The notes: generated by a model not told the origin, from the sequence alone. Counted from the stretch's first letter, positions 10,201 to 19,320 are shown. The stretch is 64,000 nucleotides of DNA from Candidatus Hydrothermarchaeum profundi (GCA_002011125.2 MTMF02000009.1:299906-363905), one strand, 5' to 3'. Numbers and translations: made by a program.

Positions 10201-11161
10201 TTATTTCCTTTATTATTTCGGTTACTCCCTCTCCTGTTAAGGCAGAGCATGCCTTCGCTCCCTTTAGCTTCTTCTGTAGGTTATTTATCTCCTCGCTTGT
10301 CAGAAGATCTGCCTTGTTTAAAATCGGGATAACATGTGGGAATTCCTTTTTAATGCTGTGGTATATGTTCAACTGGGTCTTCAACTCGAAACCACAGCTT
10401 TCTGAGGGATCTAGTACAAATAACACCTCATCTGCGAGATGCTTTAAAGCGAGGATCGCCTGCCTTTCAATAGGATTTCTATCTTCTAGAGGCCTATCCA
10501 ATAAGCCAGGGGTATCTACGACTTGATATCTCTGATGATTCGAGTGAAAATATCCGAGAAGGATTTTTTTCGTTGTGAATGGGTAACTTTCAACCTTCGG
10601 TGTAGCCGTTGTTAGAGCTCTCAGAAGAGTTGACTTCCCCACATTTGGAGCGCCTGCAATAACTATAGTAAAGGTTTCCTCGACAACAGGGAATTCATTA
10701 ACGGTTTCTTTCACCTTTGCTAGAAATTCTAAGTCTTCAGATAGCTTTTTTATCAAAGATGCAAGCCTGCCGTAGAACTCGCTGCGGGATCTATAAATAA
10801 CTTCCAGCTCCTTTGCTTTGCCCAGCTTAGAGTTATAGGCTTTTTCCAGATTTTTCACTTTCTTTATTGTTTCATTGATATTTTTTACTGTGCTCTTGAT
10901 CTTGTCGATTCCTATAAGGGCTTCTATTAGCTCGTGATAAAAGGGCGGGAGATCATCCCAATTAGTTTTTAGGAGTTCACCAAGTTTTCGTTGAACTGTT
11001 TTAGAAGCCGTCATAATTTTGGTTCTTTCAGACCTTCTGATTCTGGTTCTCTTGGGCCCGCCTTTATATAATGCCCTTTTGCCTTCCTTAGCCGCTCTTC
11101 TGAACGCTAGAGCCACTAGCTCATCAGCGGTTAAAATGTGCGGTAGCTTAGGAATCTTCAT
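10166..11161 (-). CDS. NOG1-family GTP-binding protein
   Basis: GAPNVGKS, YPFTTK, DTPGLLDRP, NKAD motifs with an N-terminal helical domain. Confidence 0.92.
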   Translation of the reverse strand: MKIPKLPHILTADELVALAFRRAAKEGKRALYKGGPKRTRIRRSERTKIMTASKTVQRKLGELLKTNWDDLPPFYHELIEALIGIDKIKSTVKNINETIKKVKNLEKAYNSKLGKAKELEVIYRSRSEFYGRLASLIKKLSEDLEFLAKVKETVNEFPVVEETFTIVIAGAPNVGKSTLLRALTTATPKVESYPFTTKKILLGYFHSNHQRYQVVDTPGLLDRPLEDRNPIERQAILALKHLADEVLFVLDPSESCGFELKTQLNIYHSIKKEFPHVIPILNKADLLTSEEINNLQKKLKGAKACSALTGEGVTEIIKEIIKDSHSQNQGP

Positions 11162-11239
11162 ATTTAAATAGTATCCTCCTTAGCTTGTTCTTAAACTATT
11201 CTTTTTATTTTGTCAACTGGTATTCTAGTAATCCAAAAT

Positions 11240-11273
11240 TTTATATATGAATATTTGATTAATTGTTCATATG
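11240..11273 (+). promoter_or_regulatory. TATA box plus SmtB/ArsR-type operator overlapping a probably leaderless start
   Basis: TTTATATA at 11240-11247; ATTTGATTAATTGTTCATAT (TGA-N8-TCA imperfect palindrome) directly before ATG 11271. Confidence 0.65.
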
Positions 11274-11624
11274 GACAGAGATGATGTTTGTGAAATTGAA
11301 CATGTGAATGAAAAAGCTGTTCAAGAAGTAAAATCCAATATGTTTGATGACCAAACGATCTTAAAGATAGCAAATATCTCTAAAATTTTAGGTGACGCTA
11401 CCAGAGTAAAAATATTATTTGCATTATCGCAAAAAGAGTTGTGTGTTTGCGATTTAGCATCTTTGCTTGGTATGAGTCAATCCGCTATTTCTCATCAGCT
11501 GAGATTGTTAAGGAATACTAATCTAGTTAAGTTTAGAAGAGAAGGAAAAGTTGTCTATTACTCTCTTTCTGATGAACACGTAATAAAATTAATTGAAATT
11601 GGAGCTGCACATGCACAAGAATGA
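11271..11624 (+). CDS. ArsR/SmtB-family metal-sensing repressor (CadC/ZiaR-like)
   Basis: [29 protein letters not shown]...HAQE alpha5 site, N-terminal Cys/His. Confidence 0.93.
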   Translation: MDRDDVCEIEHVNEKAVQEVKSNMFDDQTILKIANISKILGDATRVKILFALSQKELCVCDLASLLGMSQSAISHQLRLLRNTNLVKFRREGKVVYYSLSDEHVIKLIEIGAAHAQE

Positions 11625-11648
11625 TCTAAAGATAAGGAGGTAGAAAAA

Positions 11649-11849
11649 ATAAATACAAAAGATTGGCTTTTAGCGGGCATTGAAACTTTGGCGTGGTATG
11701 GATTTATTTACTATTCACTTTACAGTATAAAGAACCCTGTTAATCTATTTGTTAGTGCATCAGTTTTGTTGGTTTTGGCATACATTGGAACTATTTCCTG
11801 CCCTTGGTTCAGAAGAACTGAAGCTTTCAAAAAAATGCTTAGAGAGTAG
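11649..11849 (+). CDS. Unannotated 66-aa two-TM membrane protein with apparent ATA start
   Basis: AAGGAGG 8 nt upstream of ATA 11649; open frame (I)NTKDWLLAGIETLAWYGFIYYSLYSIKNPVNLFVSASVLLVLAYIGTISCPWFRRTEAFKKMLRE*; fills the gap between arsR and the ATPase. Confidence 0.6.
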   Translation: MNTKDWLLAGIETLAWYGFIYYSLYSIKNPVNLFVSASVLLVLAYIGTISCPWFRRTEAFKKMLRE

Positions 11850-11877
11850 ATAACAAATCCTCTAGAGAGAATTAATA

Positions 11878-13815
11878 ATGAAAGAAACACATAACCATAA
11901 AACTGAGAAGAGTTGCTCTACTTGTCCAACTGATATTTTTGATGAAAAAGAACCTTTATGGAAACAGAAGGGTATTTTGATTATTATAATCGCTGGGATA
12001 CTCTTCGGTATCGGGCTATATTTAGAGTTTTTAGCACATCAATATTTATTTGCCCAGATTTTATTTCTTGCGGTTGTGCTGATCTCCGGGCATAGCCTCA
12101 TAAAAGAAGGGCTCTTTTCTGTATGGAAAAGAAGATTGGATATAAATTTTCTAATAAGCATCGCAGCTGCAGGAGCTTTTTTAATTGGTCACGGTGAAGA
12201 AGGCGCGGCGGTCATATTTCTGTTTTATATCGCAGAATTTTTAGAAGATTATGCTACCGAACGTGCAAGAAAATCCGTCGCTTCACTTTTGAAACTTGCA
12301 CCTGAAATGGCAACGATAAGGAAAAATGCAACAGAAGTAAGAGTTCATGTGCATGAGGTCAAAGTCGGAGATATCCTTGTAGTCAAACCTGGTGATAAAA
12401 TACCTTTAGATGGAATTGTAATTAAAGGGTCCTCATCAGTAAACCAGGCTCCGATCACTGGTGAAAGCATGCCTGTCCCTAAAGTAAAAGGGGACTATGT
12501 CTTTGCTGGAACTATTAATGGAGAGGGCTATCTTGAAATAAAGGTAACAAAAAAATCAGATGAAACCATACTATCAAAGATAGTCAAGATTGTGGAGGAA
12601 GCACAAAAAGAAAAATCAAAAACAGAAGCATTTATTGACAGGTTTGCTAAATATTACACTCCAAGTGTTGTAATTCTGGCTTTTCTTACCATGACTTTCC
12701 CACCTCTGGTTTTTGGCTTGGAGTTCAGTGAATGGTTTTATAGGGCACTAGTATTACTTGTGGTTTCCTGTCCCTGTGCATTGGCAATTTCAACTCCTGT
12801 TTCGATAGTTTCTGGACTGACTTCTGCTGCAAAAAACGGGGTTTTAATAAAAGGTGGAAGTTATCTTGAAGAAATCAAAAATGTCAAAGTGATTGTGTTT
12901 GATAAAACAGGGACATTAACAGAGGGGAAACCTGAGGTAATAGATGTCATCGCGTTAAATGAATATTCCGAGAAGGACGTGTTACAGATAGGGGCTTCTC
13001 TTGAATCAAGATCTACACATCCACTTGCCGAGGCTATTATAGAAAAAGCAAAAGAAGAGAATGTTAAATTAAAAGATGTTCGAGCATTTAAATCAATAGC
13101 TGGTAAGGGATTGAAAGGCAGAATTGAGGGAAAAAGATTTTATGTAGGAAGCAAGAGCTTCTTTAAGGAATTGGGTATTGAATTTCCTGATAAACTGCTT
13201 GGAGATATTGAAGAGGAGGGGAAGACAGCAGTCTTAATAGGCAACGAAAAACATGTTATTGGAATAATTGCATTAATGGACAAGATAAGAGAGGCTTCTT
13301 ATAGTCTTATAAAAGAGCTGAAGGCCAAGGGAATAACGACAATAATGCTTACTGGAGATAATGAAAAAGTTGCGAGAGTAATTGCGGAAAGACTTAAGAT
13401 CGATGCATATTATGCTGAACTTCTACCAGAGGATAAGGTGGAGGTAATTAATGAGCTGTTAAAAAAACATGAACATATAGTTATGATCGGTGACGGTGTG
13501 AATGATGCCCCTGCTCTGGCTAAGGCTCATGTTGGAATTGCCATGGGGGCTATTGGTTCTGATGTAGCAATAGAAACTTCAGATATTGCTCTGATGCACG
13601 ATGATTTGACAAAGGTAAACTATCTTATCAATTTAAGCAAGAAGACAATGTCTGTTGTAAAACAAAACGTTTTAGTCTCAATTTTAATTAAAGGTTCTTT
13701 TGCAATCTTGGCATTTCCAGGAATAATCACTCTGTGGCTAGCTGTTGCTGTTGGTGATATGGGGTTGAGTTTGGCTGTTATATTAAATGCTTTAAGGATT
13801 GGAAGGGAAAAGTGA
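11878..13815 (+). CDS. cadA: Heavy-metal translocating P1B-type ATPase (Zn/Cd/Pb type)
   Basis: TGES, CPC, DKTGT, HP, GDGVNDAP motifs; N-terminal His/CxxC. Confidence 0.93.
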   Translation: MKETHNHKTEKSCSTCPTDIFDEKEPLWKQKGILIIIIAGILFGIGLYLEFLAHQYLFAQILFLAVVLISGHSLIKEGLFSVWKRRLDINFLISIAAAGAFLIGHGEEGAAVIFLFYIAEFLEDYATERARKSVASLLKLAPEMATIRKNATEVRVHVHEVKVGDILVVKPGDKIPLDGIVIKGSSSVNQAPITGESMPVPKVKGDYVFAGTINGEGYLEIKVTKKSDETILSKIVKIVEEAQKEKSKTEAFIDRFAKYYTPSVVILAFLTMTFPPLVFGLEFSEWFYRALVLLVVSCPCALAISTPVSIVSGLTSAAKNGVLIKGGSYLEEIKNVKVIVFDKTGTLTEGKPEVIDVIALNEYSEKDVLQIGASLESRSTHPLAEAIIEKAKEENVKLKDVRAFKSIAGKGLKGRIEGKRFYVGSKSFFKELGIEFPDKLLGDIEEEGKTAVLIGNEKHVIGIIALMDKIREASYSLIKELKAKGITTIMLTGDNEKVARVIAERLKIDAYYAELLPEDKVEVINELLKKHEHIVMIGDGVNDAPALAKAHVGIAMGAIGSDVAIETSDIALMHDDLTKVNYLINLSKKTMSVVKQNVLVSILIKGSFAILAFPGIITLWLAVAVGDMGLSLAVILNALRIGREK

Positions 13816-13825
13816 AAGTAATTTC

Positions 13826-13853
13826 TCCAAAAAGTCAATGAACCTTTTTTGGA
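13826..13853 (+). terminator. Possible terminator (hairpin with T-tract) after the ATPase
   Basis: TCCAAAAAG...CTTTTTTGGA inverted repeat about 10 nt after the stop codon. Confidence 0.3.
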
Positions 13854-14122
13854 AAGTTTAGGTAGAGGTTGTCCCTTAGTCACCTTGTCTTCTATGGGCT
13901 GCTTTATGGCATCTGTTATTCCTACCCAGTCTCGTCTCCTTTTAATGATATTCTATTTATTTCGGCTTTTCACTTCTTGATTCTTAACCTGCTACTCTAT
14001 AAACCTTAATTCAACAATTTTTTCTTTATACTTAACAGTAAATTAAAAAAGACTATTTACTATTTCAGAATATAATATTTCATGGATAATCATTATATAT
14101 TTTGAAATGCTTATCGTTTTAT

Positions 14123-15028
14123 ATGAAACTCACACCGGTGCAAAGAGAAGTACTTTTAGCCTTATTTGATTTATATCACAGGTCTAGAGGAGAAGCTATT
14201 AAGGGGGAGGATATAGCTCGTTTGATAAACAGAAACCCCGGGACGATTAGGAACCAAATGCAGGCCCTAAGATCACTGGGCTTGGTAGAAGGCGTTCCGG
14301 GGCCTAAAGGAGGCTATAGGCCTACCCGTGAAGGGTATACTTCTCTGAATATGACTAAGTTTGAAAAAGAGGCGCCTGTACCGATCTGGATAAACGATAC
14401 AGCATTGGAGTCACTTAGCGTGACCGAGGTAGACCTTATTAGCATTCCAGACCCTAATAGCTGTAAAGCCTACGTCCGCTGTGTTGGAGACCTGAAAAAT
14501 CTTCAGGTTGGACAGAAGGTTAGGATTGGTCCAATGCCAATTACAAAGCTCATTATGGAGGGGACTGTGATAGGCAGAGACGATATAGACAATGTACTCC
14601 TTATTGAGATAATGGAGATGATCTCGATACCTAAAGAGAAAATTATTGACATTGCTACTAAAAATGTCACATCAATATCCCCGAAGCAGTCTGTTAGAGA
14701 TGCTGCTAAGATATTATTGAAGGAGAAGATCAGAGGGGTACCTGTGTTATACAACGGCACTCCAGTAGGGATAATCTCAACAACTGATGTAGCTAGGGCT
14801 CTCGCGATGGGTATGGAGGATAGTAGTGTCAGAGAGCTGATGACCTCTAATGTTCTGACAATCCATCAGGACGCCTATCTATGGCAAGCGATAGAGAAGA
14901 TGGAGAACTATAATATAAGCAGACTTATCGTAGTAGACTCAGATGGGAAGGTTAAAGGTATTGTGACGAGGACGGACATATTGTGCAGGATCGGTAAGCT
15001 GTGCCAGGCTATTTCCTCCTTCTCCTGA
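14123..15028 (+). CDS. Transcriptional regulator with N-terminal winged HTH and C-terminal CBS pair (COG2524-like)
   Basis: MKLTPVQREVL..IKGEDIA..RNPGTIRNQMQALRSLGLVEGVPGPKGGY followed by tandem CBS domains. Confidence 0.88.
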   Translation: MKLTPVQREVLLALFDLYHRSRGEAIKGEDIARLINRNPGTIRNQMQALRSLGLVEGVPGPKGGYRPTREGYTSLNMTKFEKEAPVPIWINDTALESLSVTEVDLISIPDPNSCKAYVRCVGDLKNLQVGQKVRIGPMPITKLIMEGTVIGRDDIDNVLLIEIMEMISIPKEKIIDIATKNVTSISPKQSVRDAAKILLKEKIRGVPVLYNGTPVGIISTTDVARALAMGMEDSSVRELMTSNVLTIHQDAYLWQAIEKMENYNISRLIVVDSDGKVKGIVTRTDILCRIGKLCQAISSFS

Positions 15029-15287
15029 GCTCTTCATATACTTCCTCCAGCTCTATGTCTTTATAACCCAGTAGCACCAAGAGGTGAAATAGTAGGTCTG
15101 CTGTTTCAGAAACTATCTCGCTACGTGAATCTTTCTTAGAGGCTAGGATTACTTCAACTGCCTCCTCGCCGATTTTTTCTAGGATTTTATCTTCGCCTTT
15201 AGACATTAAGCTTGCGACGTAAGATACTGGGGGAGGATTCTTTTTTCTTTCCTTTATAACCCTAAAAACTTCGTCTAGAATATTCAT
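15009..15287 (-). CDS. hisE: Phosphoribosyl-ATP diphosphatase
   Basis: SYVASL..KG.DKILEKIGEEAVEV, ETADLLFHLLVLL. Confidence 0.95.
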   Translation of the reverse strand: MNILDEVFRVIKERKKNPPPVSYVASLMSKGEDKILEKIGEEAVEVILASKKDSRSEIVSETADLLFHLLVLLGYKDIELEEVYEELRRRRK

Positions 15288-15353
15288 CCATCTGGCTATT
15301 TAAATCCGGTTTTTATATATTTTTTCTTACTTAACCTAGCTTTTTAGTTCATA

Positions 15354-15594
15354 ATGCAGATTAAGATCAAATGGAGTAAGAAGGCTGAGCAGCATATCGC
15401 AGGCATGGGCTAACTAAGTCGCAAGTCAACCAAGCTCTCAAAGGTAGAAAATTCCTTAAAAGGACAAGGCATGATAGGTTTAGAATTCTCTGTGAATGTC
15501 ATGGTAGAATCATAGCTGTGGTAAGCTCATTACAGCTAGGGATGCCGATGATAAGGAGAAAAGACTAATAGAAAAAGAGCTAAGAAGCAGGTCT
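15354..15594 (+). pseudogene. Frameshifted BrnT-like (DUF497) ribonuclease toxin remnant
   Basis: Stitched frames give MQIKIKWSKKAEQHIA/RHGLTKSQVNQALKGRKFLKRTRHDRFRILCECHGRIIAVV/KLITARDADDKEKRL, matching the BrnT pattern W..K..H..HG...GR...VV...ITAR. Confidence 0.55.
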
Positions 15595-15747
15595 ATGACT
15601 GAAAAAATAAAGAAGTTTAGGCCAAAAAAACCTGAGGATCTAATGAAGCTGAAGATAGATGAAGTAGTAGAGCTTGAGGGAGTGGAATTCGAATTCTATG
15701 AGGATAGGCCTAAGAAGAAGCTCCGGATTGGCATGTTCGAGGTCTAA
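15595..15747 (+). CDS. 50-aa hypothetical protein, possible cognate antitoxin or remnant
   Basis: MTEKIKKFRPKKPEDLMKLKIDEVVELEGVEFEFYEDRPKKKLRIGMFEV*, directly after the toxin remnant. Confidence 0.35.
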   Translation: MTEKIKKFRPKKPEDLMKLKIDEVVELEGVEFEFYEDRPKKKLRIGMFEV

Positions 15748-15903
15748 GGATTTTTATGTACAATCATGATAAAGCTATGGTAGATTTTTCTGTCTTATAT
15801 TAATACCGCCATTTGATCATGAAAATAATCCGTATTTAAGCTTTTTTTATACAACCACTAAGAATACGTACTTAAAGATAGGGAGACAAGAAATACCTCA
15901 AAA

Positions 15904-16692
15904 TTAAGCCTTAGTTGAATCGATGACCTCTACTATTCCCCTGTCTGCTTCCTTGGAGATTTTTATATCCTTGATTGATCTTAATCCCATGCTTTTAGCC
16001 GTTCTTTCTAGGCCGAGTTCAATGTTTTTGCTAAGAGCTATAACGAAGGCATCTATTTCATCCATCCCAAGCTCCATTGCAGCTAGTACCCTGTGATGGC
16101 CGTCTACTAGTATATTCCTATCGCCTGTTCTCACGACAACTATCGGCTCTGCTAGGCCTCTTTTCATCTCGTATTCTCTTCCTCTGAATTCCTCAGGCTG
16201 AACCTTATTTTGGGTAGGTATAAGCTCTGAGATCTTTACTTTTGTAAGCCTGACAACTGTTCTTACGGAGTAGAGGCTTTCTAGGGTTTCGCGTACTTTT
16301 CTAACTTTATCTGGTGTAACCCTCTCTATATGGGACCGTATAACATCCATGTTGGTGAAAATCCCAACAAGTTTTCTCTCTTCGTTTATTACCGGCAGCT
16401 TGGATAGGCCTTCTCTAAACATTACTCTCGCTGCGTCGGTTACATGGGTGTTGGGGTAGGTAACTATGACTTTCTTAGTCATTACATCCCTAACCTTCTT
16501 CCCCTTCCTTCGCAGAATTAAGTCCCTGCTGGTCACTATTCCTACGATGTTTCCGTTCTTAACCACCGGAAATCCATCGTGACGGCTCTTTCTCATAAGC
16601 CTTGCAACTTCTTCGAGGGTCTGGTCGGGTGCAACTGTTACAACATATTTTGACATGTAATCGCTGACTTTGCTGTCCGCTTCTTCTTCCAT
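15904..16692 (-). CDS. CBS-pair plus ParB/Srx-like domain protein
   Basis: Two CBS domains followed by ELIPTQ...EPIVV...LVDGHHRVLAA. Confidence 0.88.
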   Translation of the reverse strand: MEEEADSKVSDYMSKYVVTVAPDQTLEEVARLMRKSRHDGFPVVKNGNIVGIVTSRDLILRRKGKKVRDVMTKKVIVTYPNTHVTDAARVMFREGLSKLPVINEERKLVGIFTNMDVIRSHIERVTPDKVRKVRETLESLYSVRTVVRLTKVKISELIPTQNKVQPEEFRGREYEMKRGLAEPIVVVRTGDRNILVDGHHRVLAAMELGMDEIDAFVIALSKNIELGLERTAKSMGLRSIKDIKISKEADRGIVEVIDSTKA

Positions 16693-16771
16693 ATAGCTCA
16701 ACCCCAAGTAGGACTTTAATCTTATAGGTAATCCGTAACATTAAATAAACTTTCTTACACTATTCAACGCC

Positions 16772-17011
16772 ATGGCTAAAAAAGTACTTGATGAGCTAAA
16801 ATGGCATCCCGAGAAGTCCCTGAGAGAAAGTGAGATAGTGTACATTCATCGCGGAGCCCCGGGAGACGTGTTGACTGTGAAAGGAGATGAGATAATAAGG
16901 CTCGAGAAATCTTTTTTCGTCATCCTTAGGTCTGGGAGAGAAACATGTATACCTTACCATAGGATTAAGGAGATAAGAGTTAAAGGGGAGAAGATTTGGG
17001 AAAAAAAATAA
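16772..17011 (+). CDS. UPF0248/DUF504 (MJ1316-like) protein
   Basis: LDELKWHP...YIHRGAP...IPYHRI motifs. Confidence 0.85.
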   Translation: MAKKVLDELKWHPEKSLRESEIVYIHRGAPGDVLTVKGDEIIRLEKSFFVILRSGRETCIPYHRIKEIRVKGEKIWEKK

Positions 17012-17196
17012 AAGAGAGTAGGATAATTTCTATGCTCATGGAGATAGGCAGGATTGATCTGTGGACGGGCTTAGGATGGGCCTTGGGATTGGGTGTGATT
17101 TTCGCCGGCTATAAGATGTTGGGAGAATCAGTTTTAACAGGGATAATATTTATTCTCGCTGGACTGTTTATATTACTCTACCACTATAAAGACTGA
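16996..17196 (+). CDS. Small two-TM membrane protein (true start may be ATG 17032 or 17038)
   Basis: Two hydrophobic segments; coupled to the upstream ORF. Confidence 0.55.
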   Translation: MGKKIKESRIISMLMEIGRIDLWTGLGWALGLGVIFAGYKMLGESVLTGIIFILAGLFILLYHYKD

Positions 17197-17279
17197 TTTC
17201 GCCTCAAATTTTTTATTTAAAAAATAGAGTTTTTAATTAAAGTAAAGTATATATAATTCGCATGGCCTTTTTTTTAATT

Positions 17280-18023
17280 ATGAGTAAAAAGCTTATTATT
17301 TCTGGGGACCGGGTTCATGATGTTGGCTATAGGTACTTTTTAATGGAAGCTGCCTTAAATTTAGGCATTGAAAGATTTAGGGCTGAAAACAGGGTTAACA
17401 AGAAGCAGCAGGTAATTGCCTTCGTTGAAGGTGAAGAAGAGCAGCTTAATGAGTATTTTGAATTTGTTAAATATAATTTTCCTGAAGGCGCAGAGGTCGA
17501 TGATGTTAGGTGGGAGGAATATTCTGGATATATTCCTCGGATCGAGTATTTTGCACTCTTTTTTAATGTCATGCAAACTAGGAAATTTATTGATATTGGT
17601 AGAAGCATCGATGGAAAAATGAGTGCCTCTTTAGGGAAACAGGACAAGATGCTAGAGAAACAAGACATGATGCTGGAAAAACAAGATAAGATGCTAGAGA
17701 AGCAGGACACTATGATAGAGAAACAAGACATGATGCTAGAGAAACAAGATAAGATGCTAGAGAAACAAGACATGATGCTAGAGAAACAAGATAAGATGCT
17801 AGAGAAGCAGGACACTATGATAGAGAAACAAGACATGATGCTAGAGAAACAAGACATGATGGTGGAAAAACAAGACGAAACAATTCGCGTTATAAAAGAG
17901 GAGGGGAGAAAGACGCGGGAAGCTTTTAAAAGCCATTTTGACAGGGATATAGCGAAAATTTATGAAGAAATTAATGAGATAAAGACAACGCTTGCTAAGG
18001 TTATTGAGAAAGTTGGAGCGTAA
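17280..18023 (+). CDS. Acylphosphatase-domain protein with heptad-repeat coiled-coil tail
   Basis: GDRVHDVGYR..N acylphosphatase-like signature followed by KQDxM(L/I/V)E repeats. Confidence 0.82.
   Translation: MSKKLIISGDRVHDVGYRYFLMEAALNLGIERFRAENRVNKKQQVIAFVEGEEEQLNEYFEFVKYNFPEGAEVDDVRWEEYSGYIPRIEYFALFFNVMQTRKFIDIGRSIDGKMSASLGKQDKMLEKQDMMLEKQDKMLEKQDTMIEKQDMMLEKQDKMLEKQDMMLEKQDKMLEKQDTMIEKQDMMLEKQDMMVEKQDETIRVIKEEGRKTREAFKSHFDRDIAKIYEEINEIKTTLAKVIEKVGA
17637..17876 (+). repeat. Coding tandem repeat: 11 x 21 bp plus a partial unit (KQDxMLE)
   Basis: AAACAAGACATGATGCTAGAG-type units read directly from the sequence. Confidence 0.95.
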
Positions 18024-18122
18024 AAATCTTACATCGTCTTTAGTTCTGAAATTCCGTTTAGTAGGCTTGTGAGTCATCTAAAATTTAATGGGATTAAGGA
18101 CAGAAGATTGAATTGTGAGGGG

Positions 18123-18776
18123 CTATCTCTCTATTCCTTCCCTGGTATAGCTCGCTTTTACTTTAGTTCTTATACCTCCTCTCACTTTGAAATCCATTTC
18201 TATATGCATCTCTAAGGGATCACTAACCTCAACAAGGTCCTCAAGGATTTTGTTAACCGCGTGCTCATATGCTATGCCAACATTTCTATAGGAAAGTAAG
18301 TAGTATTTAAGGGACTTAAGCTCTATGCATTTCTTGTTCGGGATATAGCGGATTACTAGGTTAGCAAAGTCGGGAAGCCCGGACCATGGACATAGGCTGG
18401 TGAACTCTTCAGTATCTATGAGTACTTCTATTTTTTTCCCTGGATACTGGTAGTCGAATGTCTCCAAGAAATTTTTATTAACTGCTTCAGGCGCCTGTAT
18501 CTCATATGTTAACTTAAACTTCTTTGAAGCCTCTACTATTGAGAACCCTAGTTTCTTTAGCAGCTGCCTCGCCTCTCTGCTGGTGAAATCTTGAGGCTTT
18601 AGTTCTCTGCCGTTTGCATACTTATTCGCCAGCTGTATGATATACCTTGGAGGAAACTGCTCTCCGTCAACCTCTAGATGAAACTTTTTTGAGTAGCTAC
18701 TTTGGGGTATTCCCTTCTTCTTTACCTCTTCTATCGCCTTTAGGATATGTTCTCTCGCTATGTTTTTCGGAATCAT
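18123..18776 (-). CDS. queF: PreQ0 reductase QueF (type I) fused to an N-terminal ~85-aa domain resembling restriction-endonuclease N-termini
   Basis: C-terminal EFTSLCPWSGLPDF, QueF motif ELKSLKYY, YE, RGG; N-terminal MIPKNIAREHILKAIEEV...FPPRYIIQLANKYANGREL...LKKLGFSI. Confidence 0.85.
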   Translation of the reverse strand: MIPKNIAREHILKAIEEVKKKGIPQSSYSKKFHLEVDGEQFPPRYIIQLANKYANGRELKPQDFTSREARQLLKKLGFSIVEASKKFKLTYEIQAPEAVNKNFLETFDYQYPGKKIEVLIDTEEFTSLCPWSGLPDFANLVIRYIPNKKCIELKSLKYYLLSYRNVGIAYEHAVNKILEDLVEVSDPLEMHIEMDFKVRGGIRTKVKASYTREGIER

Positions 18777-18855
18777 GACAAATTCCCGCTCTTTATTAGA
18801 GTATTTCAAGTTTTCCTTGCTAATAAGCTTACTTTAGTTAATGGTATAACACCTT

Positions 18856-19320
18856 ATGAGAACGTTAACAAGGTTTGAGGAGAGTAGTGAAAGAATGTTG
18901 AAATATTTTTCTTTAGATTCTAAGATAAAGGGATCAATAAAACAAAAAATGAGAAAAATACTTGAAAACATACCAGAAATTCAATTTGCATATATTCATG
19001 GCTCATTTCTGAGCGATAAATTTAGAGATATCGATGTAGCTGTTTATTTTGAGGCTGCATACGACAAAAAAAAGCTTTTAAAAAAAGAACTTGAGCTTGA
19101 GGAACTTCTGAGTAGAGAACTAGGTTACCCTGCAGATGTCAGAGCGCTTAATAGCTCCCCCCTCTCCTTTAGATTTAATGTGATAAAGTTTGGGGAGGTG
19201 GTTTTCAGTAAAAATGAGGATCTGAGAAGCGACTTTGAAGCTATGATTATTTCACGATATCATGACTTTGCCTACTTCAGGAGGCTTTACATGAAGGAGG
19301 CTCTTGGTATTGAAATATAA
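18856..19320 (+). CDS. Minimal nucleotidyltransferase (MNT) antitoxin (start may be 18895)
   Basis: YIHGSF...RDIDVAV motif; upstream of a HEPN gene. Confidence 0.88.
   Translation: MRTLTRFEESSERMLKYFSLDSKIKGSIKQKMRKILENIPEIQFAYIHGSFLSDKFRDIDVAVYFEAAYDKKKLLKKELELEELLSRELGYPADVRALNSSPLSFRFNVIKFGEVVFSKNEDLRSDFEAMIISRYHDFAYFRRLYMKEALGIEI

Noticed and set aside
17327-17857. 176-aa antisense ORF with SCFSSI repeats
   Set aside because: Mirror of the repeat in the plus-strand gene; no independent evidence of coding.
17637-17876. Regular repeats that might be a CRISPR array
   Set aside because: Contiguous 21-bp units without unique spacers, in frame within a protein: a coding tandem repeat.
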